64,000 bases of DNA from Fistulifera solaris (Eukaryota): the NCBI GenBank assembly GCA_030295235.1, contig AP026129.1:186001-250000 (forward strand). Direction: 5' to 3'. The notes beneath the pieces were generated by a model, which saw nothing but the letters and a program-made list of their open reading frames with translations, did no database searches and had not been told where the DNA came from. This document shows, piece by piece, positions 1 to 12,800 of this stretch; position 1 is the first letter of the stretch, and each line of letters opens with the position of its first letter. The position numbers were made by a program, and so were the translations under genes.

Positions 1-1131
1 TGTTTGGCAAACTGGTAGCGTACGAGGGTATTAGGTCTGGACCGTCATACAGGCTTCGCTGCATCGCGAAATCAAGCAATGAACGCCGTTCTGTCAGTAC
101 TCTAGCGATTTGTATGTTCTGTTGTTGGATCAGTTCTTGTTGCTGCAGAATATTGTGCCGAACTAGAAACTCGGAGAGAGATGGTTGATTGAACTGTGTA
201 TCAGTGACTATGAAGCTTGTTGGTTCAGTTCTGGCTGCATTGAACCCGCTTGCAAGAAAGTGTGTTGGTATTTCAATATTTTGGTTCGGTAAATTCAAGC
301 CATGCGTATTGAGGTCATTTGTTGCAGCAGTATTCACTTGTTGATTCCGGATAAAAAGTTCCGATGGGGTCAGTCCAGCGCTCTCAACTATTGGAAGATT
401 TCCACCTGGGGAAGAATCCTTGAGTCTAGTGTCTGAAGCAGAAGAGATGCCAGGTTTAGCATCTGCCTCTTGTTCCCTTGTCGTTTCGCACTCTTTCCCT
501 GGTGGTAATTTACGCTTTCTTACGCCTTTTATCTGTTCCATGAGCTCAGGCTTCCCGCGAAGGAAGAAGTCGTGATAGTACTTGTGCGTGCCAGGAGGCA
601 TGCTATCGTCTGCCACTCGTGAAAACCCGTGCCGTGTTAATCTACGGGCGAAACTATCGAACTTGGCACCCTGAAACTCTTTGTCCAAAACTTGCGATTG
701 AAAGTTCGTTGGGTAAATACATATAGCATTTCCTGCTTCGTTCCACCAAATGACATTCTGATTTTGAGGATTTTCAATGATATGATATACTTTCTCTGGG
801 AAAGTTCTCCCCGCTGCTCTTTTACGATGGCTCCCTTTCGCTCTTTGCAAAGTGCTGAGTGTCTCCTCTACGTGCGAGGCTTCACTTTTCCGAATTCTTG
901 AAGGCGGCTTGCTCTTTTGGAAGCGACGCTCTCCGTCAATAAACTTTTTGGAGGAGACCTTCTCCGCGACTTCTTGGAAAGATGTTGCTCTGAAAGGTCA
1001 GGCAGATTTAGAATCCGCGTAGAATCAACAGTCGACAGCTTGAGAGAGGGGAACCTACCATTTCGCGCTCCCTGTTCGTTATCATATCGTATACCAGATT
1101 CCATGTCCGGACTATATGATCTTCGTTCCAT
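1..1131 (-). CDS. Heat-shock-factor (HSF) DNA-binding domain transcription factor, 3' end runs off the window
   Basis: Manual translation of the minus strand ~520-812 gives RTFPEKVYHIIENPQNQNVIWWNEAGNAICIYPTNFQSQVLDKEFQGAKFDSFARRLTRHGFSRV...YYHDFFLRGKPELMEQI, a typical HSF DBD. The ORF 868..1131 is the probable N-terminus, joined across a frameshift. Confidence 0.85.
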
Positions 1132-2815
1132 TGGTTAGAAATAAGCAAACTAGGCAATGAATGCTTTTAAACTACTTGATAGGTGATGATTCTTGTTTCT
1201 CTTGTCGTCGCAACGAAAAGGAAGACGATTGTTCAGAGGTTAGATCCTCGCATAATTTCAGACAGAGTTTTTAGCAAGGAGGTACTTCTACCAGGGTATA
1301 AGCAGTACGTATTAGTGCAACTTTGCAAGATACATCAAACTGGTACATCGTTAAACTGTCAAATGGAATGACCGGGCTTAATGGTCATTGAAAATGAGTC
1401 ATGACTCATGACGAATGACGACCGAATTCAGACGATAAGGGCAATATTGTTACTTGTTTGTTAAATCTCGCCGATTAGCAAATAGTATAGAGCTTATTGT
1501 CTCTCTTTGTCTATTCTGAATCATCAGCGAATAACAATAAGCTTTTTTACGTTTTGATCCAATAACAAAAGATTTATTGCGCCAAAAGGCCTTATCCAAT
1601 ATCCGAGCCATACAAGAATTTAAAGAACTTCGCGGACCCGACTCGGGACTCCTCGGTCCTCGGCCCGTGCCCCGCATCCTCGACGTTAAGGTAAAAACGA
1701 TTCCAGGTTCCAGGTTCACGCCCGTTGACTGACTCAACTTGTAAAGTCGTTTCTTTTATTTTCACCTACTTTCTGTGACTAGCTACTGGCTACTGGCTAC
1801 TGGCTGACTCTGAAGACCAACTTACTGATCCTTCAATGGATCCTTCGCGCTTCGTTCGCGCTGACGACTCACCCATTTGTCATCTCTCATCTCATCCAGA
1901 TCTCGTCTACAGTAACGTCTGTCAAATGTTTAATGCAAAGTAACGAGTCTCGTTTCTCGTTTCTCGTCCATATTCTTTGTCCTTTGTCCTTCCTCCGCGA
2001 ACCGCGAAATGTTAGACATTTGACTTTTTGCCAAAATTGCATACCTGGTTTCTCTACTGCGCGCTGCTACTGTGACTGGCTTCGTAGGTGATTCGGCATG
2101 TAAAATTTGGCATCGTGGCACGTGTCAAGCTATGTGCAATACGGGGCATCTCAAACCTCGGATCTCGTCTCTGGGAACCCTGAAGTGGGAAGTAGGGCCA
2201 TGATCTTTTCTTTATTCCAGACACTTTTTGTCTCTAGCTTGGGAGTCGACGACCACAAGACAGTGAAAGAAAACTTGGGATGGTGTCGCGACAAATTGCT
2301 ATCCCATGGTGTTGTCGATCTAATCTTATCACATTACCTGGTAATGCAACGCTAAACGGTACAAGCAACTTGGTGGTAACGTAAAAGCTAGGCATTGACT
2401 ATTTACTTCTCCGAATCAGATGGCAGGACGTGGCTGACAAGGATTAGAGTTGATATCATCTCGTCGCTTTCCAAACATTCCGGGCTTATGGATTGTTATC
2501 AATAAAATTTGCAAGTGCAGAAGACGCTAAGGCAAACCATCATGTACCTGTTACCTGGTACTCTCTAAAACTGAGAATACTAATTCCAATTCGTGACTGT
2601 AATCGCGTCGTGAGACAATTCGCACAAATTTTTTCAAGACAAAAAATATTTTGCAACTTTTGATTGTGACTGTTGTCATTGCTTGGTTATTTCTACCTCA
2701 TCATTCGTCTACTCTCTTTATTATCATTCTTGCATCAAAGTAGCAGACCAACAGAAGAACGCGAGTAGCGCACCAACATTCAATCAACGTCGCACCCAAT
2801 ATTTATCACTAAAGT

Positions 2816-3910
2816 ATGGCTTTCAATATACGAACAAGTGCCCAGTTGTTGTTGTTGTTGTCTCTGATACACTTTTGCTCCGCTGTCTGGTGCGGCTTTG
2901 GGGCTTCAGCATTTCACAGACATTCCTACAAATATGAAATAGCTTCTCTGCAAAATAATCTACTTCGTGGTGGAGATCAAGACGATAGCACAGAACGAAA
3001 ATACGGACGAGTATCGCAAAACGAATACTTTTTGACACCCGATCAAATTGAAGCATTCCATAGAGATGGATGTATCACGTTAGAACACGTCTTGACTGAG
3101 GAAGAAGTAGAGCCATTATGTGCGATTTTTGATCGATTTGTCAATGGAGGTGTAGCCGTTCCGGGAAAAGACTTTTGTGACATGTCACAACCATTTGGAA
3201 CTCCTTATGATGAGTGGAATTTAGTCAATTGTATGCTTCCGTCACGGTACTTTCCGCCGCTGCAAAACAACATTTACGAGCGCATAACCAATCATATTGC
3301 AGCGCAGCTATTTCAAAGTCACAATCACACCATGGTCAAAGATTATGATCAGTTACTCAACAAACGACCCAATCGAACGGCAGCTGTGTTTGCGTGGCAC
3401 CAGGACATGGCCTACTGGCCCGGTGTCGAAGCATTGCACATGCATGTTAATACAACGGCGACTTGTACCTTCTCGTTAGCACTGGATGATTCGGACGAGG
3501 AGAATGGATGTCTCCGATATGTGGAGGGCTCCGGTGCTACCAAAACACTTCGCCCTCATCGTCCTGTCAATCAAAATCGAGAGAAAGGACATGCTCTCAT
3601 CACAGATGTCCGTGACGATGAACCGATACGACTCGCACCGGCTCGAAAAGGAAGTATCACGATTCATGATGAATATGTTGTCCATGGCTCCGGTGGTAAC
3701 AACAGTCCTCGTAGACAACGACGAACGTATGTTCTCGCATATCGAGCCCAAGAAATCGTGGAAGCCGAACGGAGGATTGGCTTTACTCATTCGCACAACG
3801 ATCAAGTTAATTGGGATACTTTCGAAGATGGTGCTTCGCATCGCAATCCGCAAAAAAACAAAGTAAGGTCTCAACAGAAAGTAGCTAAGTGGCAATTAGG
3901 TACATATTAG
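2816..3910 (+). CDS. Phytanoyl-CoA dioxygenase (PhyH)-family Fe(II)/2-oxoglutarate dioxygenase with signal peptide, probably plastid-targeted
   Basis: LTPDQIEAFHRDG N-terminal motif, WHQD (HxD), ALDDSDEENGCL, distal HGSGGN...R motif. Hydrophobic N-terminus followed by ASAF. Confidence 0.85.
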   Translation: MAFNIRTSAQLLLLLSLIHFCSAVWCGFGASAFHRHSYKYEIASLQNNLLRGGDQDDSTERKYGRVSQNEYFLTPDQIEAFHRDGCITLEHVLTEEEVEPLCAIFDRFVNGGVAVPGKDFCDMSQPFGTPYDEWNLVNCMLPSRYFPPLQNNIYERITNHIAAQLFQSHNHTMVKDYDQLLNKRPNRTAAVFAWHQDMAYWPGVEALHMHVNTTATCTFSLALDDSDEENGCLRYVEGSGATKTLRPHRPVNQNREKGHALITDVRDDEPIRLAPARKGSITIHDEYVVHGSGGNNSPRRQRRTYVLAYRAQEIVEAERRIGFTHSHNDQVNWDTFEDGASHRNPQKNKVRSQQKVAKWQLGTY

Positions 3911-3938
3911 CTACAGTGGAAGGAAAGCCATGCATGTA

Positions 3939-5729
3939 TTAAACATTCACAGATTGATTCTTGTTATCCATTTGCTCCAAAAACGCATCGCTTCCCATTT
4001 CCACTAATTTCGTACTAGTTTCGTTGACTTTTTCCTTCATTTCCTTTTGGTATTTTTCCATATGCTGCAACAATGCCGGGCGGCTGGCTGCCAGCATACG
4101 AACGGCAAGCAAGCCGGCATTCATTGCGTTTCCAATCGCCACTGTAGCAACGGGAATACCGCGAGGCATTTGCACAATACTGTATAAGGAGTCCACGCCA
4201 CTCAATGTGGACGTCTTGACGGGAACGCCCACGACAGGAAGTGCCGTCATGGACGCCACCATGCCGGGTAGATGGGCAGCTCCGCCTGCCCCAGCAATTA
4301 TGACCTGAAGTCCCCGACGAGCGGCGGAGCGACTGTATTGCATCAACTTATCAGGCGTTCGGTGCGCCGACACAATATCGACTTCGTAAGGTACCTTAAA
4401 CTCTTTAAGAACTTGAATGGCGTCTTTCATAGTCGGCAAGTCACTATGAGATCCCATAATAACTCCAACCAAAGCCGGTTCCTTTGTCAATAGGGGTACA
4501 GGAAGCAACTCCATGGGAATTCGTTCAAGCGCGAGAAGCTTCTCGAGAGCGATATCGACCTGTGACTGCGAGTCCCCAATCACATTGATATGACCCATTT
4601 TGCGCCCGGAACGGCAGGCCGCCTTACCGTACCAGTGAACAGCAGCTCCAGCCATTTCCATGGCAGCATTGGAACTGGCGAGGGTCTCTTCCATGGACGA
4701 AGCCCCTAGCACATTGACCATGGCGGCGGCTGGCACCGTCATTTCGGTACTGCCCAGCGGCAAGCCACAAATCGCGCGGAGGTGATTTTCGAATTGATTA
4801 CAGACGCAAGCATCTTGCGTGTAATGGCCTGTGTTATGGGGACGGGGTGCTACTTCGTTCAACAAGACGTCATCACTGTTCGTAACAAACATTTCGACCC
4901 CAAAGACTCCACTCGCACCAGCTCCCAACGAATCAATAGCTTTTTGTGCCAATATTTCAGCTTTTTGCCGAACTTGAGCGGATATATTACGAGCCGGTAC
5001 GAGAACTACGCGGCATATTGAATCTTGCTGAATCGCATTGACCGCTGGGTATGATTTGGTCGTAACAAAAGAAACTTGTGGGTCACCAGCACGACTTGAT
5101 CGAACCACCATGACCGCAATTTCGCATTTAAATTCAATCCATCCTTCGGCGTACAAATCCAAAGCGGCGGATGCATCAATATTGGTAATTCCCAGTTGTT
5201 TCAATGCCTCTTCAATTGCTTCTTGTGTATTTTCTTTCAACACCGCGTTTCCTTTTCCATCGTATCCCCCACGACGTGATTTCAACATCAAGGGCAATCC
5301 CAATTCGACTGCCGCACTTTTTACAGCGGCAATGGATGGCGTTTCACGAAAGGGCGGTACAACAATGTCGTGATTGACAAAATGCTGTTTTTGTAAGAAC
5401 TTGTCGCGGATGATCCCGAGAACCCGGGCCGAAGGCTGCACATTACAACCGGAAGCTTCCAATTCGGCGAGTGCTTCGACGTTAACGTGTTCAATTTCAA
5501 CGGTCACAACGTCGGCGTTTCTCGCAATTTCTTGAATCTTTGCCGCGTCTTGCAACGATCCTTCGATGACGCGTGCGGTTGTTTGCGCAGCGGGGCTATT
5601 GAGGCCCAACGAATCCAAGAATGTCATTTCAATATTGAGACGAGGCGCCTCGAGATTCATCATGCGTCCCAATTGACCTCCTCCGACGCATGCGATGCGC
5701 AGTGGTTGATCTCCGACGATAAGTGACAT
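3939..5729 (-). CDS. ADE2: Phosphoribosylaminoimidazole carboxylase, fused PurK (ATP-grasp)-PurE
   Basis: [27 protein letters not shown] and RKMGH (PurK); [24 protein letters not shown] and [14 protein letters not shown] (PurE). First ATG is at 5729. Confidence 0.95.
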   Translation of the reverse strand: MSLIVGDQPLRIACVGGGQLGRMMNLEAPRLNIEMTFLDSLGLNSPAAQTTARVIEGSLQDAAKIQEIARNADVVTVEIEHVNVEALAELEASGCNVQPSARVLGIIRDKFLQKQHFVNHDIVVPPFRETPSIAAVKSAAVELGLPLMLKSRRGGYDGKGNAVLKENTQEAIEEALKQLGITNIDASAALDLYAEGWIEFKCEIAVMVVRSSRAGDPQVSFVTTKSYPAVNAIQQDSICRVVLVPARNISAQVRQKAEILAQKAIDSLGAGASGVFGVEMFVTNSDDVLLNEVAPRPHNTGHYTQDACVCNQFENHLRAICGLPLGSTEMTVPAAAMVNVLGASSMEETLASSNAAMEMAGAAVHWYGKAACRSGRKMGHINVIGDSQSQVDIALEKLLALERIPMELLPVPLLTKEPALVGVIMGSHSDLPTMKDAIQVLKEFKVPYEVDIVSAHRTPDKLMQYSRSAARRGLQVIIAGAGGAAHLPGMVASMTALPVVGVPVKTSTLSGVDSLYSIVQMPRGIPVATVAIGNAMNAGLLAVRMLAASRPALLQHMEKYQKEMKEKVNETSTKLVEMGSDAFLEQMDNKNQSVNV

Positions 5730-6193
5730 GATTACTACTGCAATGTCAAACACAGGAGAGAGATTGATTGAAACCAAGCCAGTGGATGCAACAATCGAGA
5801 AGAGTTTCGATCCGTTCGTCTTTTCTTGTGCGAGGATTTTTGCGGCTCATTTTGTTTTTGAATGGTGTTCAGATGAGACCCGACAGACGGCCACGTAAAG
5901 ACATGTCGTACCAACACTTTTAACTATCAAAGTCAAATTCAACACGTTTTGAGCTTTCGGGTGTAGGACAGACACAGGGAAGCACAAAGGCATGCTTTTG
6001 ATTTCAAGATCTTCACCCCTGTTCCTTTCGAACGAGAACTTGTTGTTTGTTATTGCTTATCGTGTTATTCCCTGACTTGTTTCATCAGCAAACGCAAGAG
6101 AAAGATTAGTTAATTCATCTCTTGTCAAAACAGCACTGTGTGTTTGTTTATTGGCTACTAGTTGATACTGAGAAAAGATCGCATAGATAAAAG

Positions 6194-6745
6194 ATGACTG
6201 CTCCTTCCATGGCCTACGCCATGGGCGCCCGCTGGTTTCACTGGATGACAGCGGTCCCACTAATTGGATGTGTCGGAACTGTCCTTAAAGCGCAACAGGC
6301 TCCGAAAGAAGAAAAAGGAAAATGGATGTTTCGTCACAAATCGCTCGGACTTCTCACGGGCATGATTGTTGCTCCTCGCGTGGCTTATCGTATCATGGGA
6401 AGATCCGGATACAATGTCATTGGACTACCGGGCACGTCTAGTACCGAAAGTGTTCTAGCGAAAGCAGGACACGCTTTCTTGTATGTCTTTATGACAGTCA
6501 TGCCGGCGACAGGCATCGCCATGGGACTCTACGGAGGCAAGGGGCTTCCCTTCTTCTGGACTACTTTTGCGGGCTTTGAGCAGACCAACGGAACAATTGC
6601 AAAGAACACCTTTCAAATTCACAAGCAATTGGGTGTGTATGGGAAGTATATGATCCCAGTGCATGCTGGAGCGGCGGTGATGCACGCAACCCGTGGGCAA
6701 GCCATCTTTGCTCGCATGAATCCCTTCCGTGCTGCTCGTGGATGA
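6194..6745 (+). CDS. Prokaryotic-type di-haem cytochrome b561 (CybB/YceJ-like)
   Basis: Four hydrophobic segments with His ligands in FHW, RHKSLG, IHK and VHAGAAVMH; GHAFLY motif; C-terminal ARM. Intronless. Confidence 0.85.
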   Translation: MTAPSMAYAMGARWFHWMTAVPLIGCVGTVLKAQQAPKEEKGKWMFRHKSLGLLTGMIVAPRVAYRIMGRSGYNVIGLPGTSSTESVLAKAGHAFLYVFMTVMPATGIAMGLYGGKGLPFFWTTFAGFEQTNGTIAKNTFQIHKQLGVYGKYMIPVHAGAAVMHATRGQAIFARMNPFRAARG

Positions 6746-7009
6746 AAAATATGCTTTGCTAGTGGTGGGTTGAAGTTTAGTGACTACTAATAATAATTGT
6801 ACTCCGTAATTATTTTGTGTTTAAGAACTGAAAAGGTTTTTTTCTTATTGATGACCCATTTACATCGCCTTTTTGTGAATTGAACTGCTCAACAACCGAA
6901 ACTATACACAGAACTTTCAGGAAGAGGTAATAAGAAATAATCAAAAATAATTAGCTAGAGTAATTAGTCTAGAGAGTAGCAGAAGTTTCAATTATCAATA
7001 CTCGATGTG

Positions 7010-7474
7010 TTACTTTTTTTAATTTGCATCAAGGCTTTATGTCGGTTCTCAAATGTATTAGCGGGTTTCGAATCATGTTTCGCTTGATAATATTCTTCGA
7101 TTCTCTCATCCATTCCTACAAGCTTCTGTTCAATCTTTTTGGCTCGTTCTTCTCGATTGCGCTGGTGTCGAGGCAGCTTCGGCGGTCGAATGGAGGGGGA
7201 AGCGACCTTTGCTGGTTCCCAACATTTCTAAATCCCAAGAGGGGTCCCAGCCGCCCTTATCAGCAACAAATTTTCCAAAGCTACCATTTTGTATCGCCTC
7301 TTTGCGTAAAGCAGCAGCTTTGCGTCGAGATACCATGGGAGGGATCCAAACTTTTTGTTCTCTACCATTCGAACCGAAGGTTTCAGGGCGTCCCCCTCCG
7401 TGTTGCGATAACTTTTTCAAAGCCGAAGGGAATCTCGTGGCGCTGGTCGAAAAGGATCTTGAGAACGAGTTCAT
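7010..7474 (-). CDS. Mitochondrial ribosomal protein mL59 (yeast MRPL25-like)
   Basis: Presequence-like start, PPMVSRRKAAALRKEA. After a frameshift near 7195 the frame reads PPKLPRHQRNREERAKKIEQKLVGMDERIEEY...KKK* (stop 7010-7012). Confidence 0.7.
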
Positions 7475-8125
7475 TTTCTATTATAATAAAGGAGAAGAAA
7501 AAGGGGCGATCGAGAGACTAATAAATATACTGAATAATGAATAGGTTGCTACCAGACGTTACAGTGTTTGTGTTTGTTGTGATTATTTGTGATGCAACAT
7601 TGACGGCATCTCTAGCCTCTAGCTCTAAGTGTCACCAAGACGTACTGACGATCAGACGAAGTCTCTTTTCTCTTGCAAGGTTATTGCTTGGTTGGCTTGC
7701 TTGCTTTGCTTGATCATGGATCAGGTTTTCCCATATCAACCACGACTGATCCTCTGTCATGAAATAATGATATTTCGGATGAGCTGGTAATGGTACCGGT
7801 ACTCAGTACTCAGTGGCAAGGGGCAATCTACATTTCAGAAGTTACAGGAGGTCGGCTCGGCTCGTGCACCCTGGTCTACAAAAAACTATCGTCCATTGTC
7901 CATTTGCTCCTTTTCGAATTTCCACCCGGAAGAGCAGTTTTCCTAATTAGTAATGGAGCGCCGGCAGGGCGTGCTCCGTGCGGCAATCGCAAAAGTGGTC
8001 AACGAACATATCGCTCTTTCACTTTTCTGTCACATCAATAGCGTTGTTCTGTGAACCAACAAACTTGTCAGTTTTGCTTTTTGCTTGAAATAGACATACA
8101 ACCGCAATTTAAGATCAAATCTAAC

Positions 8126-9783
8126 ATGAGATTGAAGCTAGGAGTCATTCTTGGCTGCTTGGGTTTCACCTATGGTGGTTCTTTCGCGGAAGATGTCGTG
8201 CGTTCCTCCTTGAGAAATGGTAGAGCTCAACAACAGCAAATGGCTATCAAAAACGAACTTCTGGCTCGCGCTATCCCAATGACCAAATACAGGAAACTTC
8301 TGGAAGATCACGGTCTATCCATGCCTTCTCGAGAGTTGCAAGACCAAAACAATAATCAGCAATTGTACAGCTTCAGTGGGTATGCCATCAAATATGCCAC
8401 CTGTCAACCCGTTCAGTACTTCTCAGAAGATGTCATTCGCGCTGGAGAACACTCGCCGATGCTCACTCAAGATATCGTGGTTCTTCGATTGTGTCCTAGT
8501 AATGTTTGCTCTTCGAGCAGTCGGTACGGATGTCACTACAACTTTGCTGAATATGCTTTGACCTTATCCGACTATCTGGAGGTGATGTTGCAGTTCCGTG
8601 GCTATCAGAGAGAAAACGTATGCGCCTGGTGCGAGCAATGCGCCGCGGATGAATACAATTTGAATCAAAGTGGAAATAGACGTCGTTTGGAAGACAACGG
8701 AGTACAAGATAACGCTCAAGAAAACAACAACGCCGATCAGCAACAGGAACAAGCAAACCAAAACAATGAAGCAAACCAGGAGAATAATGCCAATCAAGAG
8801 AACTACGCTAACGCCGAGCAAGGAAACAACGATAATCAGGGAGGACAATAATGCGGAGCAAGCGAATAATGGAAACCAAAACAACAATGCCAATCAGGTC
8901 AACAATGAGAACCAGAGCGGAGCCGAGGGATGTGGCAAGTACTTCGATACGTACTGCACCGATTACGCGAGTGAATGTGTCAATAATAATCAAGACGGAG
9001 GAAACGAAGATTCTTCATATGTGGACTATGACTTGTATCTCGGATACCTCGGCTGTACTGAGGCAGCATACAACGGATACGGATATTACGTTCGCCCAAC
9101 ATGTGATGGAAAAGAGAAAACAATCAGGATGGCAGTCTATTATGACCAATACTGTTCCCGAACGGCGGAAGGAGTGAATATCAAAAGTCTGGGCTTAGGC
9201 TTCCATCAAAACGCTTTCCAAGAATTCTACTCGCCAGATTGCATTGATTGCTCCGAGAGTGTAAGTGTGTGAGACGAATCTCGTGTTGTGATAACATTTG
9301 TTTTGCTCACAAAATCTTATTCATAGCAATACCCTCCCTATTTTGACACCGGAAGTGCTTTTTGTAACAACTTACACTCCGCAAGTGCAAAATGCACCGG
9401 GGATTTGATGTATGACTTGTTTGATGGGGAAGCGGATCAATCATCCGAGTGCACATTCATCGAGGGCATACGTTTTGGAGCGTATGATTCTTCCGGTTCG
9501 CTCAGCACGTCTCACAGTAACAACGTTTGGAACGCGGAAGCTTCTAGAATGCAAAAACATTATGGTGGTCATCTCTCTTGGTATGGTGGTCTTTTTCATT
9601 ATTTATGCCTGTTATTTGCATCATGCAATGACAAACCTCTTGATCAAGTCTTTAAGTCATCGGGAATTACTTCCTGTTAGCCGACAGCAACGCCGTCGCC
9701 AAACAGGTGACAACAGTGTTGTAACTGGCAAACGTCGCCCAAGCGAGGATCTTGACGACGGCTTGTCCACTGGCTCGTTTTAA
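8126..9783 (+). CDS. Silicanin-like type I membrane protein (signal peptide, RxL sites, N/Q-rich Cys-containing luminal domain, one TM, short tail)
   Basis: MRLKLGVILGCLG signal; RELQ and RRRLE; YAIKYATCQ, VVLRLCP..C...GC, AEY...DYL; N/Q-rich spacer; intron 9261-9326; TM IMVVISLGMVVFFIIYACYLH. Two apparent single-base frameshifts (~8845, ~9555). Confidence 0.75.
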
Positions 9784-9863
9784 ACAGATAGTGTTTGTAG
9801 TCGTGTATTTTCGAAAATTCCTAGTCAACATTACTCTAGCTACGCATATACTCATGCACTAAT

Positions 9864-12800
9864 TTACATTGCCTCAAGCAAAGCTCGAGCCGTATGCCTA
9901 AGGAAAACATCCGGATGGGGATAGTTTGCGATGGGAGTCAGCAATTCTGCGGCTCTATCTAGCAGAGCTCTACGTTCTGGATCTCCTTGCTCTTTGGTGT
10001 ATGCTAGACGCCAACATAATTCTCCCATTAGAGTATGAGCGCGGCGTTCGAGCTCAATATCATAAATGCTGCTTTCTTCATCCATCACCCACGCTTCGAG
10101 ATCCTCCAAAACGTCTGTATCGTACTGCTCACTTTCTTCCATAAGGATGAGCTCCAATACGTACGCCAATGGATTGAAGACTGGACTCCAGAAAGAAACT
10201 TGGCCTGATTCATGGTAAGGGTTGATGATATACTTCTTTAACAACCAATCCGCGTCTTTGGATCTGTCCACGAGCATCAAAACGGATATGACTGGTAAGA
10301 CTATTAGCATCGTATCATCAATGTCCATCCCATCCACCTGGGGCAGTAACTCGTCCATTATGTAATCTGCTCTATGTTCGGCTTGTTCTTGTTCTTGTGA
10401 AAGGTATAACCACTGAACACTTTCAGCGACAGAAACAAGTGCAAAATCGCAACCGTACTCAGCGACCATGTCAGAGCTGTACGACGCGATGTCATAAATT
10501 GACAAGATAGTATCAATACATCCATTGGCTTGCTCGAAATTACCTAGACGGGACTCGTGCGACGCTTTGATGGAAAGTGCGCGACAAATGTGTACCGGGT
10601 GCCCGTTGTTGTTGGCCTCGTATAAAAGGGTTTCAATCAGTTTTGCTTGCTCTTCTGGCATATCATTAGGATATTCGCTTTTATGTGCATCAAGCTTCAA
10701 TACGCACAATGATGATATGATAGGCATCATGAGCGCTTTACTCATACCCGGAATCTTTGATGCACTTTTGATGATACTATACGCATCTTCAAAAAGAAAA
10801 TACTTTCCTCGGGGTCTCCAAGTCTCTGATGACAAAGTCCTACGCAAATGTGAAGTCTCAAGATAAGGTCAAGCACCATCGGCTTAGCTTTTACTTGAAT
10901 CCACTCGCTGTCGGGATCTTTCTCTTCTTCGGCGTTGAATATACTCTCGAAGGAAAGTTCTAGAGCGTCTTCATATAGCTCCAGGCTTTGTGCGGACAGA
11001 TCCCATTCTTCTAAACGAGCTCCAACGGCAAGTGCAAGTGGTGCTGCTTTGCAAAAATCGCCACATGCCTTCCAGTGTTCGAAAATCGTCAAAAGACGTG
11101 AGATGTTGTTCTGCTCAAGAACCAAAACTTTATCGCCTTCCATAGTTTCAGCAATAAGTCGATGCAGCTCGTGCTTCCTTTCCTTCAGCATTGTTGCGAG
11201 TACGTTATTTCGCCACATAGCGTGACTGAATTGAAAGTAACGGTCATCCAAGGTGTTTCGCGAATGTGAGCGGCTTGTTTTCGAATGGCTACTAAATGTA
11301 TGCTCATCTTCGGAAAGAGATATCGATTTGAGAGAGATCGTTTCATCATCGTCTTTGCTATGCTCGACAAGAATCATTTCATCAACCGCTAAATCTAGTG
11401 CATTCTCGATCTCAATTTCGGCCATTTCGGGGTGAACTTGAATGACATCAGTTAGTGCGAATTCAAGCCCTAAAACTGCGCATGTCTGCAACACCTTCCG
11501 AACGCGACTATCCAGTGAATCGACACGGCTCAAGAATGATTCTTCCATCACCGCTGCATTATTGGTCGACGAGAAATTTCGCTGCAAAATGTTTCAGTGC
11601 GATATGCAGCAAATTCAATATAACATGCGTGTAACCTACCTTTTCACGCAGCCCTTCTGCGTTCCACCTCAACACCCCTTCGACCAGCTCAAGTGTCTTT
11701 TTTTCTTTTGATATTTTCTAGAGTCTGAACAACAAAAACAGGCAGCCCCCCGGTCCTTTGAAAGATGTCAGTGCATATTCCTTCTGAGACAGAACTCTTG
11801 TCAACTTCCAATATTAACGCAATCAGGTCGCGGATGTCGCCAAACTCGAGAGGACCGAGAGAAATCTCGGTCAACTTGCCTTGCAAATCGTTCTCTTCGG
11901 CGAGAGCCGATGATAAACGGCGCAATGCTTGTTTGTCATGTGATCTAGTGGCGCAAACAAGAAGCATTTTCGGCGATATTTTGCACAAAGCTCGAAAAAT
12001 TTTCCAGCTGAACGTGTCCGTCCATTGAAAGTCATCAAGAACTACAATAGCCATATCAGCAAAATCTGAAACACAAACAAATGCTTTTGAAAGGAAGTCT
12101 GCAAGTTCGTCCATTGTGGGTACATGTCCATCGACGTGCGTAATCGGACTAGCACTATCCAGCCCGAAAAACTGCGAGCCCACAATGTCTGCGTACTCAA
12201 ATGGATAATCAAGTTGCTCGCATATCCAACAAAGTTTCTCAAAGTACGGAACTGAATCTGCCAAGCGGTTCACGTTTGAGTCCGCACTTGCGACGGTGCT
12301 ATCGTCAATCGTACCTTTGCGCCTCTGAAATTCCGAACAGACTGTGTTTTCATGGATAATCTCATGAGTGATTCGCGTGCACTGCGCTGCTTATGAAGCG
12401 ACATCCCTAGAAGTGTCGGACGGTCGTTGCCGATGTCACGAGTGTTTCTAGTTCGCTCTACATTTCGCAGCTGATGGACAGAGTGACTAAGTGCGTCTTT
12501 CCTTGCTTTATTTTGCTCACCACCGTGTGAGGAATACCCAGAGAGAAGCCTGCTACGCTTTGAGAAACTTCCACGCCTAGCAGAGCTTTTAAAAGTTGAG
12601 CTCCTAGATGTGTGTTCCGTTTCAGTAATTGAGAAGTCTGTGGGTTCGCTGTATTCGTTGTGCTGAGTGTGGGATATCGATTGATGCATTAGTGAAGGAC
12701 GCTTCTCGTTAGATGAAGAATGGGAAGAAACAGTGCCATGAGACGATAGCTGCCTCGATGTATGAGACGATCGACTCAATGATGCATTTTGTACCATTGC

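Noticed and set aside
1782..1806. GCTACTG x3 short tandem repeat
   Set aside because: Too short; an ordinary microsatellite-like stretch.
3939..6745. Bacterial contamination or operon (purK-purE next to cytochrome b561)
   Set aside because: The PurK-PurE fusion is the normal ADE2-type eukaryotic form, the genes are divergent, and neighbours have spliceosomal introns.
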